A stretch of DNA of 61,627 nucleotides, the filler included, from Nemertoderma westbladi (lineage: Eukaryota > Animalia > Xenacoelomorpha), in the NCBI GenBank assembly GCA_032718475.1. It is 3 parts of 3 records of this genome, joined end to end, with 100 filler letters (N's around TTAATTAATTAA, not from the genome) between each part and the next. Parts side by side here need not be neighbours in the genome. Positions count along the whole stretch, not along the records: positions 38,735 to 61,627 come from JAUCBJ010001508.1; 2 more parts are not named here. The stretch is one strand, 5' to 3'. Each line of letters opens with the position of its first letter. Position 1 is the first letter of the stretch. The notes beneath the pieces were generated by a model that was not told the origin of the DNA, ran no database searches, and saw only the letters and a list, made by a program, of their open reading frames with translations. Shown in pieces: positions 41,671-53,870 of the stretch. The translations under genes were made by a program, and so were the position numbers.

Positions 41671-43108
41671 TACGTCTGGAGTGGGTGCATGACTATATTA
41701 TTTTATCTATTTTATTATATTTTATATGTGAACATTATTATGTACTTTATTATAATCGTTTTTATTCAATTTTATTTAGTAGAATGTTATTTTAGATTAT
41801 TTAGTAGGTTAGTGCAATATATTAGTGTTTATTACGTAATTACATATATATAATATATATTTAGTGTGACAGCGAGAAATAATTCTTTTTCTCTTTCCTT
41901 ACTGTCCGTATTATATTATAAACACGAGACTACAGTAAGATGACATGTCAGTACTTATTAAAGTACAATAAAGCTCCTACTATATTTAAGTATTATTGGT
42001 AGGCAGAGTATTAGGAATGCAAAGTTCAGATCCTCGTGTCTCGGCTAAACCAAGCTCTGGGTAGACCTTGGAAACGACTTGCCTCTTCACACTGACATTG
42101 CTTCGTGCGATATTGCTCTTCTACCTTATATTAAATAATACATATAGTAGCGTGATGTCCCTCTAACAGTAGCGTAAAACGCAAATAAATCTGTTAAACC
42201 TTTGACCATCTGTAATTCTAGTCGATTAAGATATCGCGGCACCCACCGATATACTTGAAAGACAAATTCTAGAATCAGTGGTTAACGTCCCCAGACAAGT
42301 TCTGGAATAAATCGGTGCCCATCTTAAATATTAATTTAATATTTATTAAAATCTGTAAAATTCAGATCCTTTAAAATTTCTAGTCAATTAAGATATCGCA
42401 GCACTTACCGATACTCTTAAAAGACAATTTTATAGAATTAAGGATCCTCAGTCCCCAGACATGCTCTGGAATAAAAATTGTGTCAATTTTAACATCAAAT
42501 AATAAAATTCACGGGAATAAATTTAAATTCATATTTTAAATGAATTTCATAAATTGTCATTTTGTGCAATTTATAACATTCCCAAAATTCCATTAATTAA
42601 TAAATCATGGGAGCGGAGATTCATCCTATTGAGTGTATTAGAGTGCGAGAATCTCCAACATATAGTCAATAGCCGATAAAATTAGTAAAATCATGTATAA
42701 AGAGGATATTGACAATTAAAGAATTACTATTAAATAGCATTCCAGATCTGTATGCATGAGAATTAACCTAATTCTACCGCTAGCTTTCCATAATGTCACC
42801 ATAGCAACACCCACGCTAGAATTAGAAGCAAGTTAAAGAACAATAGAAAGCTTGTCCCATTGCATAGAATAGAGAATACATAGCACACTGTTAGTATCCA
42901 AGGATACACAGTAATAACGTGACATTCTGGAAGGCACTGACTAACAGACAAATGGCCTGTATGTGTACAATTGGTGACAGTTGTGTGGAATTTGTGCGTT
43001 TATAGGTGAATGTTACTGCTAAAGTATGTTTACAGTAGCTAGTCGCAATTGTGAAAGTAACCCAACTCTCCTATAGAAAGAACCTAAAGTGGATCCAAGC
43101 CTTTGGGA

Positions 43109-43251
43109 CGGACAGTGGAGTGACTTGTGCCGGTTATCGTTGTCGTGCTGTTGCTACATGTTGGCGTAAACACCGCGACGACGGTACATCGGCGCTGAGA
43201 ATCCCACTGTCCGGGGGCAACGAGAGGTAGGCAGCGACGCCCGCTAGCCTA
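43109..43251 (+). ncRNA. Candidate structured RNA element: long G-U-containing hairpin plus a second small hairpin
   Basis: Nested pairings 43109-118/43204-213, 43127-134/43188-195 and 43135-147/43174-186, with at least five G-U pairs. Then TAGGC-AGCG-loop-CGCT-A-GCCTA at 43228-43251. Function unknown. Confidence 0.55.
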
Positions 43252-43293
43252 AACATAAACTCATTTTGATATTAATAAACTCAGATAGCAGAT

Positions 43294-44888
43294 ATGACGG
43301 AGTTGATAGAAGATGATCTTGGTATTAGGGAGCGATATACTCTACCTTTACAAGCATTTGTGGATAGCTTAATACGCGGTGAAGCCGATCCAACCATTAC
43401 GGAGGACGATGGTCGTTATATCGAACCGCCGATGTCCCAAGAGCAACTTGCGCGTGAATTGGACTATCGAAAATTCACCGCTCGCTATACGAATCGTAAT
43501 GGTACGTATATGGACTTCTTAACTACCGGCCATCCTATCGATTTACATGATACGGACGATGTAGATACAGAAAGGGAAATGGTTCTATTTAAATAACATA
43601 CCCAGCGGAGTCGTAACGATAAACCGAGAATAGATCACGAAAATTCTATTCGTAATAGACTGGAAAGAGAAAACGTTGAAGAACCGGATAAACGCATCGA
43701 CTTCAACGACTATCTAGAATTTTTGAGAGAAACCTATCTCAACATCGCCAGTCAGCAGAACCTAGAGACTCGATATCCTCAAGGTATACATCATGACCAT
43801 ATGGTAGAACTCAAACGGCTCTATTTCACTATGATGTATCTTACCGCCGATCGTCCACTACCTGTTATCCCGGATAGTTTTGAACAAATGGAAGAATATT
43901 GCAAAACTGGAGAACGATCACCCGCGTTTCCTCTACAGGACGTACGTCTTTGGTATTATTGTGACGAATGCCCTGGACCCAACCAACAAACTGAAAGACA
44001 CAAACATCCGCTCTTCCTATTTCCAAGAACAACCGACGATGGAAATTTATTGCGCATATTGCAGACTCAATAACTTGCATATTTTTGCGGTTTGCCCTCA
44101 ATTTATGACTCAATGTCACCATTGTCAACTAAAGGGACACGCCAGTTTCGATTGCCCTTTTAATCACGATTTGGAAAGCGTAGATGAAATGATCACACTA
44201 CGTTACATCAGAGCTTGGGAAGCGAACGCTGATTTACATTGTGATTCGCGCCATCGCTATTATCCTGGACGCGCTTACGAAGGAGTTTATGTGTTCCATC
44301 CTTACCTATTCGCTTCTGTCGAACAGAAATCACGCATATCGAGTTACGAACTACTAAAGCGCGTCGGAGAATGTATTTCAACCAAATTCGTACGCAAATT
44401 TCTCAGGAGTGTTAATCCTAGCGACCTTCATTCCTATAACTTAATCAATTATATCCGTCAGGATCCGGACTATGGAGACTTATTTGTTAACTCACACCCC
44501 GAGTTACAGGAAGTATATCGACGGCCTTACGAATACCGAGCCCTCGAACGCGAGTTGGAAAGAACCATTAAACCCAGGAGGTTTCTGACTGCCTATGGTC
44601 CACCCACGGCTCTCGTTCAGACCACTCGTAAAGGACCCGTAAGTGCGGCTGTCCTAAAACGCGCTCTCAAGGCCGTTAGACCCCTCTCCCCCGACGTTGA
44701 TGTCAATCAACCCGGCACTTCGACTGGCGGATACACCGACCACAATCCTGCACCTTCTGATGCAATTATATTGCACCCTTCACCCAGGAGTTATAGCCCT
44801 CCTTGTAAAGTGGCTCGCCCCAAAGAGAAAAAGACTCTGGCCAGCTTTAAAAAAACTGCGTAAACGCCGTCCGCGCAAGAAAGACTAA
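43294..44888 (+). pseudogene. Disrupted ~520-codon ORF with two tandem zinc knuckles; probable accessory ORF of the BEL/Pao element
   Basis: 43294..43596 and 43723..44073 are in frame and separated only by one TAA. A frameshift near 43930 leads into 43880..44863, which has CAYCRLNNLHIFAVC (CX2CX5HX4C) and CHHCQLKGHASFDC (CX2CX4HX4C). Basic tail LRKRRPRKKD follows a slip in an A run. Confidence 0.6.
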
Positions 44889-46339
44889 CTGTTTAGAGTA
44901 TTTACGTATATTAGAAACTGTGATTTTTGTATATTTATAGACTTGAATCCCATTTTCTGGGAGCGGTGTAAAAGCTTTTGCGGATATAATCAGTCCCCCT
45001 GCCCGCAAAGTACCGTGTAGGTGTTTTAACGGACATAAAAGTCATTCTTCTATATGTGTGCTTTGGCGGACATGGCAAGGCACAAAACCCGCAATGCGTC
45101 AAATACTCTAGCACAGTGTAGCCTTGATGATTCAGATTACGACATCTAACAGCTGGTTGCTGGCATGGAAACGGCCATTGGACACATGGTTCTTTGTTTA
45201 GCTTAACAGTCAATCAGGATGATTTTTACTGTCGATGTGGAGATATTCTACAGATCGTGCTAGGAGTGTTCAGTCTTATAGTTTTCTGTGTTATAGTTTT
45301 GTTGTTTCTATCTAGGCCAGGAACACCGGCTCTGGAGTCAATTCGTTTCAGACTTTAGAAGAAACATTAGTAGGCTTAATTATAGAACGTATAACTGTTA
45401 TCAACCCAACTTATTAACACAACTCATGCGGTACAGTCTTACATACCAATCATATCATATCTTAACCTACCGTCTTAATGCTTTTTACTGTTGTTATTAT
45501 TTGTATCAGTTGGTTGAATATTATTATTTGGAGAACATCTATAAAGAACCCAAATTTCCCAATTTTCTTGATACACTACAGGTTAGAGAGACAGGTTACA
45601 TATAGCGATTGCGACTTATATTATCGTGGTTTGTAGTGAGTTTAATGCTATTTGATAGGCACTACATGAGTCAATTGCTGTTCTCTTTATATATGATAAA
45701 ATTCATAGACGGTCGGCAGATTAGTGTGCAGTATTGTGTGGTACCGGTAGTGTGCATGATTATGGCTGATAACTAAGCATTTCCTAAAGAATGCGCCTCA
45801 TACGTGAATCATAAGCCTTACAGTCCTACAGTTGTGTTTAGTATAAGTCATATCTCTGTTTACCTAGATAGAGCGCCACGTCCTAAAGGAACTGTTAATA
45901 TTTCCCGAAAGTGAATAATATTCGTCAGAAATTATTTATTAACGATCAATCGAATAATACAGTAAGCTTACACTGCAATAATAAAATCTAAGCCCCATCC
46001 GAATCCAGTCTCCCGGGTATATCCAGCGGGTGAATGGACGCACACTAGGCTGGCTTCGGCTAATGTTGTGTTTATTGGTATTAAATACTTGTCATTTACT
46101 AAAGTCTATTTATAAACCAAAAGACATATAAATTTTGGCAGGTTAAACTGCTAAAGGTCTTCAAAAGCGCGTACAAAAACAGAGCACGAAAGTGCATCTT
46201 TCGACTACTTTGTATCCTTAAATTTCTGATAGAAAGTGCAAAATTCTAGCTCAGTCGACCGATAGGTGCTGTGTTATTAGTTAGAGACCTGATGGCAGGG
46301 AAATAATAAAACATGGGCAGTAAAACTTTAAAGTGCTAA

Positions 46340-46585
46340 TTATAATAATAATAATATTGGTTATTTATATAGCGCTTTTCTACGCTCAGCATACTCAAAG
46401 CGCTTTTATTATCATTACCCCAGCAAAGCCAGGTTTCCATTATACCGCTGGGTTGACGTAGGCACTAATGTCTAAAGTGTCTTGCCTAGGGACACAACAG
46501 TGCAAAATTTCTACAGCCTTTAGTCGGATTCGAACCTGCGCCACCAAACACAATTGTGTAAGCAGTTCAGGCGCCGTACTGCGAC
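46340..46585 (-). mobile_element. tRNA-derived SINE with L2-type 3' tail
   Basis: Minus strand: B box GGTTCGAATCC, core GTGTCCCTAGGCAAGACACTTTA, tail AAGCGCTTTGAG...AGCGCTATATAAAT followed by (ATT)n. Confidence 0.8.
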
Positions 46586-47275
46586 ATCTGTATTATGAAC
46601 AATGGATAATTTAATTTTATTTATTTGTTAGGAATTATTTGTAGTTATGCTCTTAAACTTTCTGGTACAACCAAATAATGACGTGGTGACATCTGGAAAT
46701 ACTGTTCATAGTAAATGTATGGCGTGGAGATATGGTAGTGCGAAATTGTTATTATTATTTTTTTTATAAATATAGGCCCTAATAGATAAAAAAAAGGATA
46801 AATTAATTGTAGATAGAATAGTTGGTGATAAAAAAAAACGTGTCAGAATTAACTTATTGACACAAATTTAATTTAACCGAAATTCAGATGTTCTGCCCTT
46901 GTGTATTGAATTTTGCATTCGATGGACTTTTAGGTGCAATTCCTGCAAAACCTAAAAGCATAATTGGGCAGCATAGGCCTAATTGAATTTGGTAAATTAA
47001 AATTAGTGACAAAAAAGATCTCTTATTATGTATTCATGTTCTTATGTTTCCGTATAGCTTATTTCCCCTTACCGCTCATAATCCTATATTATTATCTTAC
47101 TGTATATGTTGTCTATAATAAATATGCTCCTAATTGCCAATCAAATAAACCAATTATTCTTCTTTATGGGACGTAACCGTGTAAACTGGGTGAAATCCAT
47201 CTATAGTTGAATATATTACAATCACATAGATCATCCTATTGTTTTATACACAAGAGCATATCAATCGCCCTTACA

Positions 47276-48010
47276 GCACGAAGGTCTCTTAAACGTTTCA
47301 ACAGATTGTTTCAACATCAAGCATGCTGCACGAGGGTCTCTTACAGTCTTAAACGTTTCAACATATTGTTATAGTTACTCCACGCTGCACGAAGGTCTCT
47401 TAAACGTTTCAACGGATTGTTTCAGTATCCAATGTGCGGCATGAAGGTCTCTTAAAAGTATCAACAGATTGTTACAGTACCCCACGTTAGCACGTGCTGC
47501 ACGAAATCTCTTAAAAGTTTCAACGAATTGTTTCAGTATCTCATATACTGCATGAAGGTCTCTTAAACGTTTCAATAGATTGTTTCAGTACCGGTATCCA
47601 ACATGTTGATGGAGGTAACATTTCAACATATTGTTATAGTTACTCTGTACTCCACGCTGCGGCTGCACGAAGGTCTCTTAAAAGTTTCTTCGAATTGTTT
47701 CAGTATCCAATGTGCTGCATGGCGGTCTATTAAACGTTTCAACAGATTGTTACAATACCCCACGCCCACGTGCTGCGCGAAGGTATCTTAAACGTTTCAA
47801 TAGATTGTTTCAGTATCCAACACTGCAACATGCTGCTCATGATGGCCTGTTAAACGTTTCAACAGATTGTTACCGTAGGTACCCCACGTACATGCAGCAT
47901 GAAGGTCTCTTAAACGTTTCAACGGATTTGTTTCAGTATCTCACATACTGCGCGAAGGCCTCACAGTCTCAAACGTTTCAATGGATTGATTCAGTATCCA
48001 ACATGCTGCC
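47276..48010. repeat. Degenerate ~50-60-bp minisatellite, roughly a dozen copies
   Basis: Core GAAGGTCTCTTAAACGTTTCAACAGATTGTT recurs with variable linkers. Confidence 0.85.
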
Positions 48011-48011
48011 T

Positions 48012-51000
48012 GAATGAAGTTCGAGGGGAGAGGATACCTACCAGGCATATAGCACTTATGGTGGTCCATAATTAGTTTTAATGTGAAAAAAAGAATATTG
48101 AAATTGAAATTAAAATTAAAATTACACATGGAAATGTTGAAGAAAATTAAAAAGAACATTAAATTTAAAATAATTGGTTCAAAGTAAGAGAAAATATCCA
48201 GTTTGACCATTGGAAAAAAATAGAAAAAAAAAAAAAATATATAAAAACAATACTAACGAAATTAAATACATTTTACTGAAAAAACCATGGATTACCCTGG
48301 TCTCTTGAAAAAGAGCAATATTTAAGTAGGTTAACCCCTGACAAACCCCGTGTAAAAATGGTTAGGTTTACAGCATCAACAAGATCTCCAGGTAACTCGT
48401 TCCAAATAGGAACAACTCTGTGCTTAAACGAGTTTTTACACATATTGAGTCTGCACCTAGGTACAAATAATTTACGAGAATGCCCTCGAAGACCACTACG
48501 CGGTGGTCTTGTAAAATATTTATCTACATCTAGATCAACTAGGTTTCTGTCAATACTGTAGGTTAACTTTAAATCAAATATGATACGACGTAGTTCCAGC
48601 GGTTGTAAGAACAGAAAATCTAAACGGTTTGTATAACAAGTATAGGGAATATTGCACCTTGCATATAAGCGCCTAGTAAAGTAATGCTGTACGCTCTCGA
48701 CAAGATTGATACTGCTTTTTTTATATGGAGACCATACTGAAGTACAATACTCAAGTAATGGGCGGACCATACTTTTGTATGCCATAAGGAGAGCTTTAAT
48801 GTTTTTCGTTTGAATACACCGAAACAGAATGTTGACAATTTTACATGCTTTGGCTACTTGGTCGCTGCAGTGCCGATCGAATGAGAGATCTGACATTACT
48901 GTTAAGCCTAAATCTTTACAAAATAAACTTTCACTGAGGACGCTATCATTTAAGTAGTACACATGTTTGCAATTGTTTTTACCCACATAAACTACAGTAC
49001 ATTTGTGTGCTGCAATCGACAGCTGCCATGTACTGGCCCATGTCTCCAGTTTATTAAGTGCATTGGATAGCAAATGGCACTGCGAACTGTCAGCATACAT
49101 TTTAACATCATCAGCGAAAAGTTTGACAGTTATTGGCAAGAGCTGTTCAGGTAGGTCGTTTATGAACATTAGGAACAAAAGTGGTCCCAGCACACTCCCT
49201 TGTATTGTACCGGAGGTAACTGGTGCAAAATCTGAGCAATATTTACCGACAACAACACGCTGTGTCCTATTTGACAGAAGGGCTGAAAGCCACAATAACA
49301 AGTCATCAGCTATGCCATAAGCTCTCAGTTTAATTAATAATTTGCTGTGCACAACGGAATCAAAGGCTTTGGCGAAATCGATATAAATTATATCGATATT
49401 TTGCCTATTATCAACCATATTATACCAATCTGTAACACACTCCAATAATTGTGTATTGGTAGACCTACGGCACAAGAAACCATGTTGTGCCTTATTGATC
49501 AATTTATTCAATAGCAAATAGGATAATAAATCATTTTTGACACACATTTCCATAATTTTGCATGCGATGCAAGTTAATGATATTGGTCTATAGTTGAAGG
49601 GGTCGCAAGGATCACCCTTTTTAAAGATAGGAATAATGGTAGCAGTAAGCCAAATAGATGGAAGTGTGTGTGTCTCAAAAGAGAGTTTAAATATAACAGA
49701 TAATGGTTTAGCCAAGCACACTGATAAACGATGAAATAAGATACTCGGTAGGTTGTCAGGGGTCCCACTTTTCTTATTGGGCAACTTATTCAAAAAAGTT
49801 AACACATTTACCGGGCTAAAATTTATAGTCGACAAATTAATACTACTATGCACTTTACTGGGTATATTGATGCTTACATTGTTATCAACTGTAAAATTTT
49901 GGGTTAGCACCTCGTTAAATATACGGGCCTTTGTCGCATCATCCACTACCGTATCACCTTTGAATTTTAAAGGGCCAATACCCAAGGTGGATTTTCTCTT
50001 TGAATTTATATATTTATAAATTAAAGCAGGGTTACCCGAGTTTAGGATTTCAGTCTCTTTGATGCAGGTAGCGCGGTGAGCTGCAGAGGCTGCAGCCTTT
50101 GCCACACGATAATATTCTTGTCGCCCATTCTCTCTATGTCGTTTCCTCCACAGTAATTTCTTCGCCCTCTGAAGGCGTCTAACAAAAAGCGGGTAATACT
50201 TTTTGCGTTGTTTAAAAGGTTTGAAAGGGACAAATTTGTCTATGCCTTCCTTAAGTACTGAGGAAAAAGTCTCATAAAAATCGTCTACCGTAACACAACT
50301 TTCATACCTGGTAATAATATTACTATTCTTAATGTAAGCACTGAAAGCAGTATAGTCGCCATTATTAAAATCATAAAAACCTGTATACGAGGTTGAATTA
50401 TCATTAATATGAAGGGATGGTGCTAAAATATTAAAACTAACACTGTCATGGTCACTGGTTGAGAAGGGTACGTTAGTATTAACACTAGAAACAAACTGAT
50501 TATCCGATGTGAACACTAAATCCAGCACATTTGGGCCCCTAGTTGGTTTAAATTGCAATTGAGTTAAGCTATTATGCAAGATAAAAGTGGCAAACTGGTT
50601 GTAGCAAGCATTGTCTGGATACACAAATTCAGACCAATTAAAAAGTGGATAATTAAAGTCCCCAATTAAAACACAAGGGAGTGATGTATTGCACAAAAAA
50701 GCCAGCGATTCCAATAAAATCGCTGTGTTATCAACTACGTCCGGTCTGGGAGGTGGTCTATAGCCACATATGATTCTAGATTTATTAGAACCTAATAAGT
50801 CAATTCCTATTACCTCAGCATCACTAAGATGGTTTGGTAAAGTCACTCTACAGCATTTAATGCTTTTTTTTAAAAGGATAGCTACCCCACCGCCCAGATC
50901 CAGATGGAATCTATCGTGTCTCGTAGATGCATAATCAGTACCACCCACTAGCATAGCATCAGTTATAGTTTCATTTGCCCAAGTTTCGGTTAAGGCTATA

Positions 51001-51650
51001 ATATCATATTTGTTATTGTTTAACAAGACCTGAAGTTCGGAAAGTTTCATTTTTATTGATTGCACATTTGCACTATAACAGTTTAGAAAAGGTCCACTAT
51101 TTACGGCGTCCTCTCCCTTAACTAGTTTTCCTGGTCCAGGGGACGGTTTCTCCGAATAGCCTGGTGGGAGCGGGGACCGCTATCTGATCGAGAGGAGTTC
51201 TGAGTCGTCCTAGAGCGATCTGCATCTACTTCAACAAAACTCCATCGACGGTCTCGTTTCCATTTGCCGTCACTGTGTTTTGTATACCGCCAGACTTCGC
51301 CATCCGGTTTTAGACTATAGCTTTCAGTAGCATCACCGATTTCATCATGATGGGCTTTTTTATTTAGTTTCTGTACCGAGATTCTGGTGTTGCGGAGGGA
51401 TAGCCTTTGTATTTGAGATAAACTCTGACGTACTCGAATTTCCCGACAGACTGCTGGACCATCAGTGGCATCGCGTGCTGCGGTTGTTAACGAGCGGAAG
51501 TCACGTGCTTCGTATTCCGACTTAAAGGAAAGTCAGATTCAATTGACGGCAGACCGATTATTCAGTGTCATGCACGAATCTGTAAATGCATTACCATTGT
51601 CTGATTGTCATCTCACTGGTTTCTGGTTTCGTTTTCTTCACTTTTTTTAG
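48012..51650 (-). mobile_element. CR1-clade LINE: ORF1 remnant, intact ORF2 and 3' UTR; boundaries approximate
   Basis: ORF2 as below. GC-richer coding-like sequence upstream ends in GGAAAACTAG near 51122 and overlaps the ORF2 frame. T-rich 3' UTR. No TSD identified. Confidence 0.75.
48273..51065 (-). CDS. CR1 ORF2: APE endonuclease plus reverse transcriptase (930 aa or more)
   Basis: IIALTETW, GGGVA, YRPP, GDFN, LDLVF, SDH (APE). NYRPISL, QHGF, DFAKAFDSV, QGSVLGPLLF, LFADD (RT). CR1-type C-terminus LELRR...DL, RGH, RVVPIWNELP. The frame is open upstream of the listed start (LNCYSANVQSI). Confidence 0.95.
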   Translation of the reverse strand: MQSIKMKLSELQVLLNNNKYDIIALTETWANETITDAMLVGGTDYASTRHDRFHLDLGGGVAILLKKSIKCCRVTLPNHLSDAEVIGIDLLGSNKSRIICGYRPPPRPDVVDNTAILLESLAFLCNTSLPCVLIGDFNYPLFNWSEFVYPDNACYNQFATFILHNSLTQLQFKPTRGPNVLDLVFTSDNQFVSSVNTNVPFSTSDHDSVSFNILAPSLHINDNSTSYTGFYDFNNGDYTAFSAYIKNSNIITRYESCVTVDDFYETFSSVLKEGIDKFVPFKPFKQRKKYYPLFVRRLQRAKKLLWRKRHRENGRQEYYRVAKAAASAAHRATCIKETEILNSGNPALIYKYINSKRKSTLGIGPLKFKGDTVVDDATKARIFNEVLTQNFTVDNNVSINIPSKVHSSINLSTINFSPVNVLTFLNKLPNKKSGTPDNLPSILFHRLSVCLAKPLSVIFKLSFETHTLPSIWLTATIIPIFKKGDPCDPFNYRPISLTCIACKIMEMCVKNDLLSYLLLNKLINKAQHGFLCRRSTNTQLLECVTDWYNMVDNRQNIDIIYIDFAKAFDSVVHSKLLIKLRAYGIADDLLLWLSALLSNRTQRVVVGKYCSDFAPVTSGTIQGSVLGPLLFLMFINDLPEQLLPITVKLFADDVKMYADSSQCHLLSNALNKLETWASTWQLSIAAHKCTVVYVGKNNCKHVYYLNDSVLSESLFCKDLGLTVMSDLSFDRHCSDQVAKACKIVNILFRCIQTKNIKALLMAYKSMVRPLLEYCTSVWSPYKKSSINLVESVQHYFTRRLYARCNIPYTCYTNRLDFLFLQPLELRRIIFDLKLTYSIDRNLVDLDVDKYFTRPPRSGLRGHSRKLFVPRCRLNMCKNSFKHRVVPIWNELPGDLVDAVNLTIFTRGLSGVNLLKYCSFSRDQGNPWFFQ

Positions 51651-51808
51651 GTGATTTGAGCAGGGTTGGTTTGCAGTGCAGACATCACTTCACATTCTGA
51701 TAATATTTATTGACATTCTAGTTTTCGAAATATATATACTGTAGTTTTACATAGAACAGTAGAATATACAGTAGTAAATGACACTATCACAATGTACAAT
51801 ACATTGAC

Positions 51809-51883
51809 ATATCCCGATCGGGATATATTACCTGATAAGTGTATATCCCGATCGGGATATATTTATATATCCCGATCGGGATA
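51809..51883. repeat. Three copies of the perfect palindrome TATCCCGATCGGGATA
   Basis: At 51809-26, 51842-61 and 51868-83. Confidence 0.9.
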
Positions 51884-53084
51884 GGGAACCCTACTGACTA
51901 AGCAGCAACCAATCACGTCAATCCTGTTTAACACAGAGTCAATGAGAATGGAATATTCAGATATTGCAACATGAAAAAGTTCAGGATACCATGTAACTGT
52001 TCCTTTCCCTCAATTAATAAATAACATTCGCACATTATTTACAGAATTAGCTTTAATAATGGCAGAATGGTCAGATGGTTGTCGGCGTTGGTTGTCGATT
52101 GTCGGCGTTACGGCGTAGCATTTGCACCCCGTTTGCACGAAGTGGTTGGTATCATAAAAGTTGTGTGAATAAAACGCAACACGTGTTTCGGGTGATGAAC
52201 TGATATGAGACCTGCAATTTTACCCACATTGAATATCAGAATATTCGTTGTCGCGATTCTGAAACTTTTTATAGCATTTTGGCATTGAAACATTGTTAAA
52301 CTTGGTAGGCCTATAGGCGATTTAATTACGTTAATTTTACTATTTTTTTTTTAATTTTAACATAGAAGTAATAAGTAAAGTACAGCTATCATTTTTACAC
52401 AATATTCATATGCAATAGTAGATGGATAGCAATAGCACTGCCTAATTGATTTTGAATTAATGTGCTCAAATAATTTGTTCATATCCAAAGGTAGCATTAA
52501 AACTAATAATTTGTTTATGTAGGTGACCCAACATGTTTTTTAAAACACATCTGGCAGTCTAGTGTTGCTACAGTAGTTAGCCCCTTACAGCCTTACATGT
52601 CCAAAATATAACAATATGTTAAAATATTAGCTATTTATATTGAAATCAAAGTGCTGTTTCAAGTAACCCCTGAAACACAGCAGAAATATTTAAAAAAATG
52701 TGTTACAAATGGCCCAAATATACAATAACAATGCTTGAAATTGAAATTTGATAACTCTATTATACACTGCTATGACAACAACCTGAGCTTGGTAAAGCTA
52801 AGGCAATGTAAATAATTTTAGAAATGTTAGAGATCGCAATTTATGTTACAAGTAGCCCCGTTTTATGGTACATGATGTGTGGAACATCCTCGGGAAACTC
52901 TCGCCAGTACATACAGATGGCCGCTTTCTACCCTTATATCAGTAGATTAAAAGCAAACCATCATGGTCAGATACTGTCATCGTTGAGTCGCATTGGCAAT
53001 GCGGCAATCCAGTTACTAATAACTGAATAATCAAATCAAATTAATAGTTACGGTCTGACAGATGTGTAGCGAAATATCGTTGGT

Positions 53085-53870
53085 ATTGGTACAGTCTACC
53101 TCCAGGAACTTTTATCCTTTAGCCAATCACGGTCTCGCTTGAGGAGTGACATGAAACCGAAGGCGATAATCCCACATTTACACTCCGTGGTGGGCCAAGA
53201 AAGTTTCGCGTACCAGGGCCCTTTCTTATGGAACCAACTGCCCCATAGAGTAACAAGTGTTGAATCAATTGAGTCCTTCAAACATAAAGTAAAATCGTAT
53301 CTTCTCGAAAAAATCATGTCATCCGATATATCAATATATACTAGTAACTAATACGAACTTTATATTTGTGTCTAAATTGCCCCTTCTTATTTTTATTGTG
53401 TTGTTCTAAAAAAACCTCAATACCATAATATATTACTCTTTCTATGTAGCTGTTTGTATTTTATTTTATTTTTTTCTTTTTTATGCCACTGCCATTTCAA
53501 TATTTTTATTTCTCTCTAAATGCTTGGTTTCTACTGTTTGATACTAGTGTAAATAATTATTATATTTGTATTGTATGTATTATTATTGTATGTATGTATT
53601 ATATTTGTATTTGTGTGATATTCCTCTTTAATTTATCATCTACTGTATCTACTGTATTTATTATTTATTTTTATCTGAAAAAACATATTTTTAAAATGTT
53701 AATTAGCAGACAAAAACAGACAGACATACTAATACTAACTACTTATATTAATTTATTTTTTATCTTACTCAAGGACTTATTACAACAATAAGATTTTCAT
53801 CACATAGCGAGGACCCCCATGGAAACGAGACACAGTCTCATGGGGCTATCCTCGACGACAAATCATTATT
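53085..53870 (+). mobile_element. 5'-truncated L2/Crack LINE: ORF2 C-terminus and 3' UTR
   Basis: SFAYQGPFLWNQLP...SIESFKHKVKSYLL is a typical L2/Crack terminus. 3' stem-loop GAGGACCCCCATGG...CATGGGGCTATCCTC at ~53809-53853. Confidence 0.8.

Noticed and set aside
47276-48010. CRISPR-like array (also considered for 55477-56420)
   Set aside because: Eukaryotic context, degenerate repeats, linkers related to one another, no cas genes.
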